Notes under the pieces: generated by a model
What the model was told of the DNA's origin: nothing
Databases searched by the model: none
Seen by the model: the letters and a program-made list of their open reading frames with translations, nothing else
Position numbers and translations under genes: made by a program
Origin: Actinomycetes bacterium
GTDB lineage: Bacteria > Actinomycetota > Actinomycetes > S36-B12 > UBA10799
DNA length: 40,960 nucleotides
Direction of reading: 5' to 3'
Assembly (NCBI GenBank): GCA_037133175.1
Contig: JBAXOQ010000002.1
Location: 1 to 40,960, forward strand
In this document: positions 1 through 10,778 of the stretch, piece by piece
How the letters are laid out: every line of letters begins with the position of its first letter
Numbering within the stretch: position 1 is the stretch's first letter

Positions 1-115
1 CCATCGAACCCGGCCAACGACCAGTGATCACCAAACCCCGCTGGCCAGCCGCCGCATGAGGAACTCCGGCGCGGACCTGCCGGGACTTGTCGGTCGCGCG
101 AGTTAGGCTCTGCGG

Positions 116-3100
116 GTGTCATCGGATCAGTTCGTTCACCTGCACGTCCACACCGAGTACTCGATGTTGGACGGCGCGGCGCGGCTGGACGACCTGTTCG
201 CTGAGGCCGCACGCCTCGGTATGCCCGCCGTGGCGATCACCGATCACGGGAACGTCTTCGGGGCCTATGACTTCTGGAAGCGCGGCAAGGCCTCCGGGGT
301 CAAGGCGATTATTGGCATGGAGGGGTACTACGCGCCGCAGGGTCGGGCACAGAAGAAGCCGTTCGACTTCGGCGGCGGCTTTGACGAGGGAACCAACGAG
401 GTAGGGGAGTCCGGCGGCAACATCGGCCGGCAGGCCTACACGCACATGACGGTGCTGGCGGAGACCACCGCCGGGATGCATAACCTGTTCCGGCTGTCGT
501 CGCTGGCGTACTTGGAGGGGTTCTACCGCAAACCGCGGTTCGACCGGGAGTTGCTCCAGACCTACGGCACCGGACTGATCGCCACCAGCGGCTGCCCGTC
601 CGGTGAGGTCAACCGCTGGCTGCTGGCCGGCAAGTACGACCAGGCACTAGCGACCGCGGCGGACTACCGGGACATCCTGGGGGCCGGCAACTTCTACGTC
701 GAACTGATGGACCACGGCATCCCCATCGAACGGGCGTACCGGCAGGACCTGCTGAAGATCGCTCGGGCCCTGGATCTGCCGCTGATCGCCACCAACGACC
801 TGCACTACGTCCGGCGCGAGGATGCCGTGCCGCACGACGTGCTGCTGTGCATCGGCACCCGCACCACCGTCGATGATCCCAAGCGGTTCAAGTTCACCGG
901 CGACCAGTTCTACCTCAAGTCCTCGGCCGAGATGCGCGAACTGTGGCGTGAGCTCCCGGAGGCTTGCGACAACACGCTGGAGATAGCCGAACGCTGCAAT
1001 GTGGCGTTCAACGAGCATGCCTCGCTGATGCCGCAATTCCCGATCCCCGAGGGCGAGAACGACGAGAGCTTCTTGGTCAAGGAGGTCGAGCGGGGCCTGG
1101 CGATGCGCTTCAACGGCGAGGTTCCGGACGCGCACCGCAAGCAGGCTGAGTACGAAGTCGGCGTCATCTGCCGAATGGGCTTCCCGGGGTACTTCCTGGT
1201 TACCGCAGACCTGGTCCGCTACGCCAAGGCCGAGGGCATCCGGGTCGGCCCGGGACGCGGATCGGCGGCTGGCTCGCTGGTCGCCTGGGCGATGGGGATC
1301 ACCGAGCTCGACCCGATCCGCCACGGCCTGCTGTTTGAGCGATTCCTGAACCCCGAGCGCATCTCGATGCCGGACATCGACATGGACTTCGACGAGCGCC
1401 GACGCTCGGACATGATCCGCTACGCCACCGCCAAGTACGGTTCGGACCGGGTCGCGCAGATCGTCACCTACGGCTCGATCAAGGCCAAAGCCGCCATCAA
1501 GGATTCCGCCCGAGCGTTAGGCCTGCCCTACGCCCTGGGTGACCGGATCACGAAGGCGATGCCGCCGGCGGTGATGGGCAAAGACATTCCACTGTCGGGC
1601 ATCTTCGACGATAAGCACAAACGCTATTCCGAGGCCGGCGAGTTCCGGGCGCTGTACGACACCGAGCCCGAAGTCAAGCGGGTGGTGGACACGGCGATGG
1701 GGCTAGAAGGCCTCAAGCGCCAGCCCGGGGTGCACGCTGCCGGGGTGATCCTGTGCAAGGAGCCGCTGCTGGACGTTGTGCCGATCATGAAGCGCGAGCA
1801 GGACGGCGCGGTGATCACCCAGTTCGATATGGGGGCGTGCGAGTCCCTGGGCCTGCTCAAGATGGACTTCCTGGGCCTGCGGAACCTGACCATCCTGGAC
1901 GACTGCCTGGCCATGATCAACGCGAGCACCGGCAACGCGATCGTGCTGGAGGAGTTGGAGCTCGACGACCAGCGCGCCTACCAGCTGCTGGCGCGAGGCG
2001 ACACGCTCGGCGTGTTCCAGCTCGACGGCGGGCCGATGCGCTCGCTGCTGCGCTCGATGGCGCCGGACAGCTTCGAGGACATCTCGGCGGTGCTGGCGTT
2101 GTACCGACCCGGCCCGATGGGGGCCAACGCCCACAACGATTACGCCGACCGCAAGAACGGTCGCAAACCGGTGATCCCGATTCACCCGGAGCTCGCCGAG
2201 CCGCTGCACGAGATCCTCGGCGACACCTACGGACTGATCGTGTACCAAGAGCAGGTCATGTCCATCGCCCAGATCCTCGCCGGGTATTCCCTGGGTGCCG
2301 CGGACTTGCTGCGGCGGGCAATGGGCAAGAAGAAGAAGGAGATTCTGGACAAGGAGTACGTCCCGTTCAGTGACGGCATGCGGGCCAACGGTTACTCCGA
2401 CGATGCGATCAAGACACTGTGGGAGATTCTGGTTCCGTTCTCGGAGTATGCCTTCAACCGGGCGCACACTGCGGGGTATGGGCTGGTCTCCTACTGGACG
2501 GCGTATCTGAAGGCCAATTACCCGGCGCAGTACATGGCGGCGTTGCTGACCAGCGTCAAGGACGACAAAGACAAGAGCGCGGTCTATCTGAACGAGTGCC
2601 GCCGGATGGGCATCAAGGTGCTGCCGCCGGATGTGAACGATTCCGAGTCGAACTTCACGGCAACCGGTTCGGATATCCGGTTCGGCCTGTCAGCTGTCCG
2701 CAACGTCGGCGAGAACGTGGTCGCCTCGATCATCGCAACCCGGACTTCAAAAGGTCGGTTCACCGACTTCGCCGACTTCCTGCGCAAGATTGAGGTCGGG
2801 GCCGCGAACAAGCGGGTCGTCGAGTCGCTGATCAAGGCCGGTGCGTTCGACTCCCTCGGTCATCCTCGTCGCGGCCTGCTGCAGATCCACATCGAAGCCG
2901 TCGACGCCGTGGTCGAGACCAAGCGGGCCGAGGCGATCGGTCAGTTCGATCTGTTCGGATCGTTCGACTCCGGCGGCTCCGACGAGCCGGTCTTCGGCTA
3001 CGACCTGACCATTCCGGACGAGGAATGGGACAAGAAGTCGTTGCTCGCTCATGAACGCGAAATGCTGGGCCTGTACGTCTCCGATCATCCGTTGAACGGT

Positions 3101-3685
3101 GTCGAGGCGGCGCTCAGCGCCCTGACCGACAGCTCGATCGTGTCGTTGCACGCCGAGGACGCGCTGGACGGCAGGATCGTCACCATCGGCGGGCTGGTGA
3201 CCAACGTGGCTCGGAAGGTGACCAAACGGGGTGATCAGTGGGCGATCGTCACGGTCGAGGATTTGGCCGCTCCGATTGATGTGATGGTCTTCCCGGCGAT
3301 GTACGCGCAGGTGGGAATCCGCTGCGCCGAGGACGCGGTGTTGCTGGTCAAGGGCAGGTTGGATCTGCGCGACGAGGATGCCGTCAAACTCGTCGCAATG
3401 GATGTCATGATCCCGGACCTGACCGAGAGCCAGGCCGGTCCGGTGACGATCAGCGTCGCTGTCACCAAGATCGTGCCGCCGACGGTGGCTCGGCTCAAGG
3501 ACATTCTGGCCACCCACCCGGGCACTACCGAGGTGCGCCTGGAGGTCCGCAGCGGGACCCGCACCACGTTGCTGCGACTCGATGACGCGGTCCGGGTCAG
3601 CGCCGGTCCGTCATTGTTCGCTGATCTGAAGGAACTCTTCGGGCCGATGTGCCTGGCCGGGCCGGGCGGTGGGACCGATGCTTAG
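116..3685 (+). CDS. dnaE: DNA polymerase III alpha subunit
   Basis: 1189-aa ORF. N-terminal PHP-domain signature FVHLHVHTEYSMLDGA, polymerase core motifs (GPGRGSAAGSLVAWAMGITELDP, PDIDMDF), and length typical of DnaE1. GTG start at 116. Confidence 0.97.
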   Translation: MSSDQFVHLHVHTEYSMLDGAARLDDLFAEAARLGMPAVAITDHGNVFGAYDFWKRGKASGVKAIIGMEGYYAPQGRAQKKPFDFGGGFDEGTNEVGESGGNIGRQAYTHMTVLAETTAGMHNLFRLSSLAYLEGFYRKPRFDRELLQTYGTGLIATSGCPSGEVNRWLLAGKYDQALATAADYRDILGAGNFYVELMDHGIPIERAYRQDLLKIARALDLPLIATNDLHYVRREDAVPHDVLLCIGTRTTVDDPKRFKFTGDQFYLKSSAEMRELWRELPEACDNTLEIAERCNVAFNEHASLMPQFPIPEGENDESFLVKEVERGLAMRFNGEVPDAHRKQAEYEVGVICRMGFPGYFLVTADLVRYAKAEGIRVGPGRGSAAGSLVAWAMGITELDPIRHGLLFERFLNPERISMPDIDMDFDERRRSDMIRYATAKYGSDRVAQIVTYGSIKAKAAIKDSARALGLPYALGDRITKAMPPAVMGKDIPLSGIFDDKHKRYSEAGEFRALYDTEPEVKRVVDTAMGLEGLKRQPGVHAAGVILCKEPLLDVVPIMKREQDGAVITQFDMGACESLGLLKMDFLGLRNLTILDDCLAMINASTGNAIVLEELELDDQRAYQLLARGDTLGVFQLDGGPMRSLLRSMAPDSFEDISAVLALYRPGPMGANAHNDYADRKNGRKPVIPIHPELAEPLHEILGDTYGLIVYQEQVMSIAQILAGYSLGAADLLRRAMGKKKKEILDKEYVPFSDGMRANGYSDDAIKTLWEILVPFSEYAFNRAHTAGYGLVSYWTAYLKANYPAQYMAALLTSVKDDKDKSAVYLNECRRMGIKVLPPDVNDSESNFTATGSDIRFGLSAVRNVGENVVASIIATRTSKGRFTDFADFLRKIEVGAANKRVVESLIKAGAFDSLGHPRRGLLQIHIEAVDAVVETKRAEAIGQFDLFGSFDSGGSDEPVFGYDLTIPDEEWDKKSLLAHEREMLGLYVSDHPLNGVEAALSALTDSSIVSLHAEDALDGRIVTIGGLVTNVARKVTKRGDQWAIVTVEDLAAPIDVMVFPAMYAQVGIRCAEDAVLLVKGRLDLRDEDAVKLVAMDVMIPDLTESQAGPVTISVAVTKIVPPTVARLKDILATHPGTTEVRLEVRSGTRTTLLRLDDAVRVSAGPSLFADLKELFGPMCLAGPGGGTDA

Positions 3686-4253
3686 CCGCCCGGACTACCG
3701 GATCCTTGGCATTCTGGTACTGATCAGTGTCGCGGTCGGACTGGTCGTTGGGGTGGTGTGGGCCCGAGTGGCAACGCCACCGCAGGTCCGCCTCGTCGAC
3801 GGCGCATTGATCTTCGACCGGTATTCGGCTGACTACGTCGCCAACGATCTCAAGCTGGGCATGTTCTGTGCCCTGGCTGGCGTTGTCCTGGTGGTGGTAG
3901 CCCTGCTGCTGTGGCGATCGCGCCCGATGGGCGTTCTGCTCGGGCTGGTGATCGGCGGTCTGGTGGGTTCGGTGGTGGCTTGGCGCTTCGGGGTGCAGCT
4001 CACCGGCGGCAGCCGCCAAGACGTTCTGCTGTCCGTTTCGGGGCAGCCCGATAACGTCACGCTGACCGGCCCAATCGAGTTGCATGCGCTCGGCGTGCTG
4101 TTGTTGTGGTCTCTGGTGGGGACAGTAGTCGTCGTGATCTTCAACGCCTTCCGGACCTCGCGTGCCCGGCAGCAGCTACTCGATGAGCATGGACTCGATG
4201 TCAAGGCCAATCCGACTGTGTTGGCTCTGGCCCCCGAGCCGCCTGAGGGCTAG
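3669..4253 (+). CDS. Conserved integral membrane protein of unknown function (DUF2567-like; about 4 predicted TM helices)
   Basis: 194-aa ORF with hydrophobic stretches (ILGILVLISVAVGLVVGVVW, MFCALAGVVLVVVALLLW, VLLGLVIGGLVGSVVAW, LGVLLLWSLVGTVVVVIF). It overlaps the dnaE stop. An alternative ATG at 3678 gives an 8-nt overlap with dnaE. The family assignment is from memory only. Confidence 0.6.
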   Translation: MGPMLSRPDYRILGILVLISVAVGLVVGVVWARVATPPQVRLVDGALIFDRYSADYVANDLKLGMFCALAGVVLVVVALLLWRSRPMGVLLGLVIGGLVGSVVAWRFGVQLTGGSRQDVLLSVSGQPDNVTLTGPIELHALGVLLLWSLVGTVVVVIFNAFRTSRARQQLLDEHGLDVKANPTVLALAPEPPEG

Positions 4254-4738
4254 GTCCAAGAGACTGGTGCGGTGCGGGCTTCAGTGATTCGAATCAGGTC
4301 GTCCGCGGACACCTCGACCGCATAGCCGCGCAGTCCCGCCGAGATGTAGATGGTGGGGAAGTCGAGGGCGGTGATGTCCACAACCGTGGTCAGTTTCTTC
4401 CGTTGGCCAATCGGACTGACGGCAGTCACCTCGAAGCCGCTGATCTTCTCGGCTTGTTCGACGCTGGTGATCTCGCCGGTGGAAGCTCCGACGGCTGCCG
4501 CCAAGGCCGCCACGTTGAGCATCGACGACGTCGGTACGACAACGCTGATGGGCTCCCCATCGGTGAGCGCAATCAGGGTCTCGAACACCCTCGCAGGGTC
4601 AATTCCAAGTGAGTCGGCGATTTCCCGGCCGTAGAAATGCACCGTGGCGCTCTTTTCGTACTTGTGCAACGCGTACGGAACCCCCTGCTCAACCAGCTCC
4701 GTCGTTGCCGTGGTGGTGGGAGCACCCTTCTTCGGCAT
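4250..4738 (-). CDS. ybaK: YbaK/EbsC-family Cys-tRNA(Pro) deacylase
   Basis: 162-aa ORF whose size and sequence pattern are typical of free-standing YbaK editing domains (ATVHFYGREIADSLGIDPARVFETLI ... SPIGQRKKLTTVVD ... TIYISAGLRG). Its stop codon overlaps the stop of the convergent membrane-protein gene (CTAG at 4250-4253). Confidence 0.8.
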   Translation of the reverse strand: MPKKGAPTTTATTELVEQGVPYALHKYEKSATVHFYGREIADSLGIDPARVFETLIALTDGEPISVVVPTSSMLNVAALAAAVGASTGEITSVEQAEKISGFEVTAVSPIGQRKKLTTVVDITALDFPTIYISAGLRGYAVEVSADDLIRITEARTAPVSWT

Positions 4739-4804
4739 GTGCCTACGCTAGCCGCCAGCAAGCGGTGATCAAGTGCCAGGAGCCCGGGTCGCTACCATGT
4801 CTTC

Positions 4805-6109
4805 GTGATGCGAATCCTCGACCTTCGGACGACGACCGGTGACTTCCGCGACGCCATCCCGCGGCCAGAAGCTGATGTCCGCTCCGCCGAAGCGGTCGTG
4901 CGTGACGTCATCGAGGCGGTCCGCGTCGGCGGTGAGACCGCTGTGCTCGACCTCGGCGAGCGCTTCGACGGTGTCCGCCCACCGCAGCTGCGGGTCCCGG
5001 CGCCAGTGATGGCCCGCGCGCTGGCAGAGCTTGACCCTCGGGTTCGGCAGGCGCTGGAAGTTGCGATCTCACGGGTCCGATCGGTGCATGGCAACGAACT
5101 GCCAGAGCGGCGAGTCACCACCCTCGCGCCCGGTGCCACCGTCACTTTGCGCTGGGTTCCGGTCGACCGGGTAGGCCTGTACGTGCCAGGCGGACGGGCG
5201 GTGTACCCCAGCAGCGTAGTGATGAACGTGGTGCCGGCCCAGCTGGCCGGCGTCCGGTCGTTGGCAATCGCCTCGCCGCCACAGGCTGACTTCGATGGCT
5301 GGCCGCACCCGACCATCCTGGCAGCGGCCGAGTTGCTTGGAGTCCATGAGGTGTACGCCGCGGGCGGCGCCCAGGCGATCGCCTGGTTCGCCCTCGGACC
5401 CAACCCGGTCTCCATGGCGACCGGACCGGGAAACATTTATGTCACCGCCGCAAAAAGGCTGCTGCGCGACCGGATGGGAATCGATTCCGAGGCCGGTCCC
5501 ACGGAGATCATGATCCTGGCTGATGCCGACGCCGACCCCGGATTCGTGGCGGCCGATCTGATCGGGCAGGCCGAGCACGATGTCGTCGCAGCGTCGGTCC
5601 TGGTAACCGATAGCCCGGACCTGGCGCAGCGGGTGTGCGGTGAACTGAGGATCCAAGTGGCTCGAACCAAACATGTCGAGCGGATCACCGCCGCGTTGAC
5701 CGGCCGTCAAAGTGCGATCGCTCTGGTCCGGGATGTGGACCAGGGAATCGAGGTCCTGAACGGGTATGGATCCGAACACGTTGAGATCATGACCAAGGAT
5801 GCTTCGGCAGTGGCCAATCGCGTTCGAAATGCCGGTGCCATCTTCGTCGGGCCGTGGTCGCCTGTCCCGCTGGGCGACTACTGTGCAGGCTCGAATCACG
5901 TGCTGCCCACCGGTGGGTGTGCCAACTACTCGTCCGGACTGTCGGTGTTCAGCTTCTTGCGCTCGATTCAGGTGATCGATTACGACCGGCAGGCGCTGCA
6001 TGATGTGACGGCGGATGTGCGGGCTTTGGCCTTCGCCGAGGATCTGCCCGCTCACGCCGCGTCGGTGGACGAGCGGTTCAGACTGCGGTCCGCCGGTGGT
6101 GCACAGTGA
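4805..6109 (+). CDS. hisD: Histidinol dehydrogenase
   Basis: 434-aa ORF with [12 protein letters not shown] and QAEHD motifs, at the head of the his cluster. GTG 4805 or ATG 4808 are both possible starts. Confidence 0.95.
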   Translation: MMRILDLRTTTGDFRDAIPRPEADVRSAEAVVRDVIEAVRVGGETAVLDLGERFDGVRPPQLRVPAPVMARALAELDPRVRQALEVAISRVRSVHGNELPERRVTTLAPGATVTLRWVPVDRVGLYVPGGRAVYPSSVVMNVVPAQLAGVRSLAIASPPQADFDGWPHPTILAAAELLGVHEVYAAGGAQAIAWFALGPNPVSMATGPGNIYVTAAKRLLRDRMGIDSEAGPTEIMILADADADPGFVAADLIGQAEHDVVAASVLVTDSPDLAQRVCGELRIQVARTKHVERITAALTGRQSAIALVRDVDQGIEVLNGYGSEHVEIMTKDASAVANRVRNAGAIFVGPWSPVPLGDYCAGSNHVLPTGGCANYSSGLSVFSFLRSIQVIDYDRQALHDVTADVRALAFAEDLPAHAASVDERFRLRSAGGAQ

Positions 6110-6122
6110 ATGGGGACGAACA

Positions 6123-7265
6123 GTGACTGCACCCGATGATCTGCCGATCAGGCCCGAACTGCGAGGAGTGTCCGCCTACGGTGCGCCGCAACTCGACGTG
6201 CCGGTGCGGCTGAACACCAACGAGAATCCGCACTCTCCCGGACCGATCGTCGCCGCGGCAATCGCCGAGGCCATCGCCGCCGAGACCCTTGGGCTGCAGC
6301 GGTACCCCGACCGGGACGCCGTTGCCCTGCGCACTGACTTGGCCGACTACCTTTCCCATTCGACTGGTGCGGTTGTCGCTCCCGAACAGGTGTGGGCGGC
6401 CAACGGCAGCAACGAGATCCTGCAGCAGTTGCTGCAACTGTTCGCTGGTCCGGGTCGCACCGTGCTGGGTTTTGAACCGAGCTACTCGATGCACCCGCTG
6501 ATCGCCCGCGGTACCGGCAGCACGTTCATCGCTGCGTCGCGCACCGCCGATTTCGGCATCGACCTGGCAGCAGCAGTCGGAACAATCACCGAGCTTCGCC
6601 CCGACGTGGTCTTCCTGTGTTCGCCCAACAACCCGACCGGCACCGCACTGGAACTTGCGGCGGTGGAGCAGATCTACGCTGCGATTGCCGCCGGGCCGGC
6701 CGGGGTGCTGATCGTGGACGAGGCCTACGCCGAATTCAGCACCAGGGCATCGGCGATCGCTCTGCTGCCTGATCGACCTCGACTGATCGTGACCCGCACC
6801 ATGAGCAAGGCATTCGCCTTCGCCGGAGCCCGGGTCGGCTACCTGGCGGCCGATCCGGCGGTTGTGGAAGCGATTGCCCGAGTTCGTCTGCCCTATCACC
6901 TGTCGTCGCTGACCCAAGCCGCTGCCAGGGCGGCGGTGGCACACGCGGCCGAGCTACAGGCGGGCGTCGAGGATCTGAAGATCCAACGCGACCGGATCGT
7001 CGAGCAGTGCTTGGCGATGGGTTGTCGGGTGGCGGCCAGCGATGCCAACTTCGTGCTGATCGGCGGCTTCGGTGATCAGACGGTGATCTGGCGGGCGCTG
7101 GTGGACCGTGGGGTGTTGGTGCGCGATGTTGGGTTGGCCGGATGGTTGCGGGTCACCGCCGGGACGGAGGTCGAAACAACCGCCTTCCTGACCGCGCTGT
7201 CGGCGGTGCTGGACGAGGTTGGGATCATTGGCCAATCCCCACCACCGACTAGTCAGGAGCGCTAG
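6123..7265 (+). CDS. hisC: Histidinol-phosphate aminotransferase
   Basis: The ORF is open from 6015, but the in-frame GTG at 6123 lies just after the hisD stop (6107-6109) and begins VTAPDDLPIRPELRGVSAYG. LNTNENP motif and PLP-lysine motif MSKAFAFAGARVGY. Confidence 0.92.
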   Translation: MTAPDDLPIRPELRGVSAYGAPQLDVPVRLNTNENPHSPGPIVAAAIAEAIAAETLGLQRYPDRDAVALRTDLADYLSHSTGAVVAPEQVWAANGSNEILQQLLQLFAGPGRTVLGFEPSYSMHPLIARGTGSTFIAASRTADFGIDLAAAVGTITELRPDVVFLCSPNNPTGTALELAAVEQIYAAIAAGPAGVLIVDEAYAEFSTRASAIALLPDRPRLIVTRTMSKAFAFAGARVGYLAADPAVVEAIARVRLPYHLSSLTQAAARAAVAHAAELQAGVEDLKIQRDRIVEQCLAMGCRVAASDANFVLIGGFGDQTVIWRALVDRGVLVRDVGLAGWLRVTAGTEVETTAFLTALSAVLDEVGIIGQSPPPTSQER

Positions 7266-7859
7266 ATGGCCCGCACAGCCGTCGTCTCACGGGCGACGAA
7301 AGAGAGCGAGGTGCTGGTCGAACTCGAACTGGACGGCACCGGCCGGGTCGACATCAGCACCGGAGTTCCATTCTACGACCACATGCTCAGCCAGCTCGGC
7401 AAGCACAGCGGCATCGACCTGCTGGTTCGTACCACAGCTGATTTGGACGTCGACTCCCACCACGGGGTGGAGGACACCGCGATAGCGGTCGGCGCTGCCC
7501 TGCGGCAGGCTTTGGGTGACAAGTCCGGGATCCGCCGCTTCGGGGACGCGTTGGTCCCGCTGGATGAGGCTCTGGTGCAGTGCGCCGTCGATCTGTCGGG
7601 CCGGCCGTACTTGGTGCATGACGAACCCGAACTCGTCGAGCTGATCGGCTCCTACGACACCACCTTGACCCGGCATGTATTCGAGTCGATCGTGTCCTCC
7701 GCGCAGATTTGCCTGCACATCCGGGTGATCAGCGGCCGAAACGCTCACCACATTGTGGAGGCTCAGTTCAAGGCGGTCGCTCGCGCGCTGCGTGACGCCG
7801 TTGCTTTGGATGCCCGAGTGACCGGGGTTCCGTCCACCAAAGGCACGCTCGAGTTCTGA
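7266..7859 (+). CDS. hisB: Imidazoleglycerol-phosphate dehydratase
   Basis: 197-aa ORF with [14 protein letters not shown] and [14 protein letters not shown] motifs. It starts directly after the hisC stop. Confidence 0.95.
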   Translation: MARTAVVSRATKESEVLVELELDGTGRVDISTGVPFYDHMLSQLGKHSGIDLLVRTTADLDVDSHHGVEDTAIAVGAALRQALGDKSGIRRFGDALVPLDEALVQCAVDLSGRPYLVHDEPELVELIGSYDTTLTRHVFESIVSSAQICLHIRVISGRNAHHIVEAQFKAVARALRDAVALDARVTGVPSTKGTLEF

Positions 7860-8497
7860 TGAGCGCAGCACCGAGACTCGTTGTACTCGATTACGGATCT
7901 GGCAATCTGCGCTCAGCTCAGCGGGCACTTGAGCACGTAGGCGCCAGAGTCGAGGTTACGGCCGATCCCGACGCCGCCCTGGCCGCAGATGCTCTTGTAG
8001 TTCCTGGGGTGGGTGCCTTTGCCGCCTGCATGGCCGGTCTGCGTTCGGTCGACGGCCCCCGGCTGATCGATGTCAGGCTCGCGGGCGGCCGTCCGGTACT
8101 GGGTATCTGCGTCGGCATGCAGGTCATGTTCGACCGTGGGGATGAGCACGGCATCTCCACCACGGGCTGCGGCCAGTGGCCCGGTGTGGTGGACCGGCTG
8201 ACTGCTCCTGTGCTGCCTCACATGGGCTGGAACACCGTCGACGTGCCCGCCGGATCCGAGCTATTCGCCGGCATCGCCGACCAGCGTTTCTACTTCGTGC
8301 ACTCCTACGCCGCCCGCACCTGGGACCTGATCGATGAGGGCGAACCGTTCCCGGCGCCGAAGCTGACGTGGGCCGAATATGGGGAGCCCTTTCTGGCAGC
8401 AGTTGAGAACGGACCACTGGTGACCACCCAGTTCCACCCTGAGAAATCCGGTGATGCCGGCCTGGCATTGCTCAAGAACTGGGTTTCGACGCTGTAA
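7859..8497 (+). CDS. hisH: Imidazole glycerol phosphate synthase, glutamine amidotransferase subunit
   Basis: 212-aa ORF. Catalytic Cys in GICVGMQ and QFHPEKS near the C-terminus. TGATG overlap with hisB. Confidence 0.95.
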   Translation: MSAAPRLVVLDYGSGNLRSAQRALEHVGARVEVTADPDAALAADALVVPGVGAFAACMAGLRSVDGPRLIDVRLAGGRPVLGICVGMQVMFDRGDEHGISTTGCGQWPGVVDRLTAPVLPHMGWNTVDVPAGSELFAGIADQRFYFVHSYAARTWDLIDEGEPFPAPKLTWAEYGEPFLAAVENGPLVTTQFHPEKSGDAGLALLKNWVSTL

Positions 8498-8528
8498 CCG
8501 TTCCACCGGCCAAGTAGGGTTGCTGCCT

Positions 8529-9287
8529 GTGACGCTGCAACTGCTGCCCGCCGTCGACGTCGCCGATGGCCAGGCTGTCCGACTTGTTCAAGGCGAAGCT
8601 GGTTCCGAGACCAACTACGGGGACCCGCTCGCCGCCGCGCTCGACTGGCAGTCCCAGGGCGCCTCCTGGGTGCATTTGGTCGACCTGGATGCTGCCTTCG
8701 GCCGCGGATCGAATCACGACGTATTGGCCAACGTGGTCGGGACGCTGGACATCGACGTCGAACTGTCCGGCGGAATACGCGACGATGAGTCCCTTGCCGC
8801 CGCGCTGGCAACTGGCTGCGCCCGCATCAATATCGGGACGGCGGCGCTGGAGAACCCGCAATGGTGCGCGAAGGTCATCGCAGAGCACGGCGATCGGGTC
8901 GCCATCGGTCTAGACGTGCGCGGCCACGTATTGGCCGCCCGCGGCTGGACACAGTCCGGCGGGGATATCTTCGAGGTCATGACCCGGTTGGACAGCGAAG
9001 GCTGCGCCCGGTATGTGGTGACAGATGTCGCTCGGGACGGCACTTTGTCCGGGCCGAACATTCACTTACTGCACGAGGTGTGCCACCACACGGACAAGCC
9101 CATCGTGGCTAGTGGCGGGGTGTCCTCGCTGGAGGATGTGCACTATCTGGCCGAGTTGGAGCACATCGGGGTGGAAGGCGCCATCATCGGCAAGGCGCTG
9201 TATGCCGGTCATTTCACCCTGTCTGAGGCATTGGCGACCGTCGCTCCCCACATCGACTACATCGACCGCCGCCTGATGCCCTACTAG
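8529..9287 (+). CDS. hisA: ProFAR isomerase, probably the bifunctional actinobacterial PriA type (HisA/TrpF)
   Basis: The in-frame GTG at 8529 gives [22 protein letters not shown], a typical HisA N-terminus. The ORF-track start at 8451 would overlap hisH. No separate trpF is present in the trp cluster of this window, which fits PriA-type dual function (established for Streptomyces and Mycobacterium). Confidence 0.9.
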   Translation: MTLQLLPAVDVADGQAVRLVQGEAGSETNYGDPLAAALDWQSQGASWVHLVDLDAAFGRGSNHDVLANVVGTLDIDVELSGGIRDDESLAAALATGCARINIGTAALENPQWCAKVIAEHGDRVAIGLDVRGHVLAARGWTQSGGDIFEVMTRLDSEGCARYVVTDVARDGTLSGPNIHLLHEVCHHTDKPIVASGGVSSLEDVHYLAELEHIGVEGAIIGKALYAGHFTLSEALATVAPHIDYIDRRLMPY

Positions 9288-9321
9288 CCAAGACTCTGCC
9301 TGCCGTTCGTACCCTTGGGCC

Positions 9322-10092
9322 ATGACACTTGCGGTGCGAGTCATCCCCTGCCTGGACGTCGACGCCGGCCGGGTCGTCAAGGGCGTGAACTTCGTCGACC
9401 TGGTCGATGCCGGGGATCCGGTCGAGTTGGCCCGTGCCTACGACCGGCAGGGTGCCGACGAGTTGGTGTTTCTGGACATCACCGCCAGCAGTTCCGATCG
9501 GTCCACCACCTACGACGTGGTGCGACGAACCGCCGAGCAGGTGTTCATCCCGCTGACTGTCGGCGGGGGAGTACGCACGGTCGAGGACATCGATCGGTTA
9601 CTGCGCGCAGGTGCCGATAAGGTCGGTATCAACACTGCTGCCATCGCCCGACCGGAGTTCCTGACCGAGGCCGCAAATCGGTTTGGCTCGCAATGCATCG
9701 TGCTCTCTGTGGACGCACGCCGGTGTCAACCTGGTACTGCCACCGACTCCGGTTTCGAGGTCACCACCCACGGTGGTCGAGTGGGCACCGGGATCGACGC
9801 GATCGGGTGGGCGCGTGAAGGCGCGCAGCGGGGGGCCGGTGAGATCCTGCTCAACTCGATGGACGCCGATGGTACTCGGGACGGCTTTGACCTCGAATTG
9901 ATCAGGCGGGTACGTGAGGTCGTATCGGTGCCGGTCATTGCCAGCGGCGGAGCCGGTGCCGTGGTGGACTTCCCGCCAGCGGTGGCTGCCGGGGCTGACG
10001 CTGTGCTGGCCGCCAGCGTATTCCACTTCGGGGTTTTCAGCATTGGCGCGGTCAAGGACGAGCTCCGCTCCGGGGGCGTCACGGTCCGGTAG
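9322..10092 (+). CDS. hisF: Imidazole glycerol phosphate synthase, cyclase subunit
   Basis: 256-aa ORF with the RVIPCLDV N-terminal motif and a (beta/alpha)8 HisF pattern throughout. Confidence 0.95.
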   Translation: MTLAVRVIPCLDVDAGRVVKGVNFVDLVDAGDPVELARAYDRQGADELVFLDITASSSDRSTTYDVVRRTAEQVFIPLTVGGGVRTVEDIDRLLRAGADKVGINTAAIARPEFLTEAANRFGSQCIVLSVDARRCQPGTATDSGFEVTTHGGRVGTGIDAIGWAREGAQRGAGEILLNSMDADGTRDGFDLELIRRVREVVSVPVIASGGAGAVVDFPPAVAAGADAVLAASVFHFGVFSIGAVKDELRSGGVTVR

Positions 10093-10693
10093 GGGTGCCC
10101 GACGCTGTCGGCGGTGGTGTGGCCGGGCAAGTCGGGCCCGCGACGATGACCCCGTTGGTCCACTTCGTGTTGCTGCACTTGGCAGCGGCCGGGTTGGCGC
10201 CGGCGAGCTTGGCGTAGCTCAGGTCCGCGCTCTTGAGGTCCGTTCCCGTCATTCGGGCGCCCTTGAGGTCGGCGTTGTAGAGGTCGCCGTCGGTCAGGTT
10301 GGCGTTGGTCAGATTGGCGTTGGTCAGCGTGCCGCTGTAGAGGTCCGTGCTGATCATGTTGGCATTGGTCAAGTTCGCGCTGGTCAAGACGGCCCCGAAC
10401 ATCACTGTGCCGGTCAGGGTGGCACCAACGAGGCTGGCCCCGGACAAGTCAGCCGCGGTCAGATCGGCCTCCGCCAACTGCGCGCCATCTAGTTTCGCTC
10501 CCCGAAGGTCACAATACGACAATGAAGCCTTTGGGGTCTTCGGTGTCGTCGAGCAGTCCTTCAACGGCATCGGCGTGGGGCTGTCGTGGGCGGTGGGGTC
10601 CGCCTCGGGTTGGGCGGCGGTAGACCCACAGGCTCCGATCAGCAACGCCGTCCCAATTGCGACGGCTGCCACCCGACACACCCGACCGAACAT
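10079..10693 (-). CDS. Pentapeptide-repeat lipoprotein (predicted exported)
   Basis: ATG at 10693 is preceded by GGGAGGG. The N-terminus [22 protein letters not shown] has a lipobox (LIGAC). About 21 consecutive A(D/N)LxX pentads follow ([10 protein letters not shown] ... [25 protein letters not shown]). The longer ORF-track start at 10972 would overlap the upstream gene and was rejected. Confidence 0.8.
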   Translation of the reverse strand: MFGRVCRVAAVAIGTALLIGACGSTAAQPEADPTAHDSPTPMPLKDCSTTPKTPKASLSYCDLRGAKLDGAQLAEADLTAADLSGASLVGATLTGTVMFGAVLTSANLTNANMISTDLYSGTLTNANLTNANLTDGDLYNADLKGARMTGTDLKSADLSYAKLAGANPAAAKCSNTKWTNGVIVAGPTCPATPPPTASGTPTGP

Positions 10694-10778
10694 GTCACCC
10701 TCCCGTCTGTTCAACACCAACCAGGACTCGACCTGCCTCGGGTCCGCACCCATGAGGGTACGCGCCGCCAGCCCGGGG

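Noticed and set aside
1-115. Possible 3' end of an upstream gene, or the dnaE promoter, in the first 115 nt. Also the 105-aa ORF at 87-404.
   Set aside because: The stretch is too short to recognise any product. ORF 87-404 is out of frame inside dnaE. No defensible promoter hexamers were identified by eye.
6015-6122. Upstream in-frame extensions given by the ORF track for hisC (6015), hisA (8451), trpE (11835), DUF2752 (16035), lgt (20189) and pyrC (30707).
   Set aside because: Each extension lies inside the preceding gene. In each case an in-frame ATG or GTG at or next to the preceding stop codon yields the conserved family N-terminus, so the shorter coupled starts were used.
9914-10492. 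192-aa + strand ORF opposite the pentapeptide gene, which also shows a 5-residue periodicity (VGQIGVGQ...).
   Set aside because: The periodicity only mirrors the 15-nt repeat of the real gene. The frame lacks the A(D/N)LxX consensus, a start context and a signal peptide, and it overlaps the hisF 3' end.
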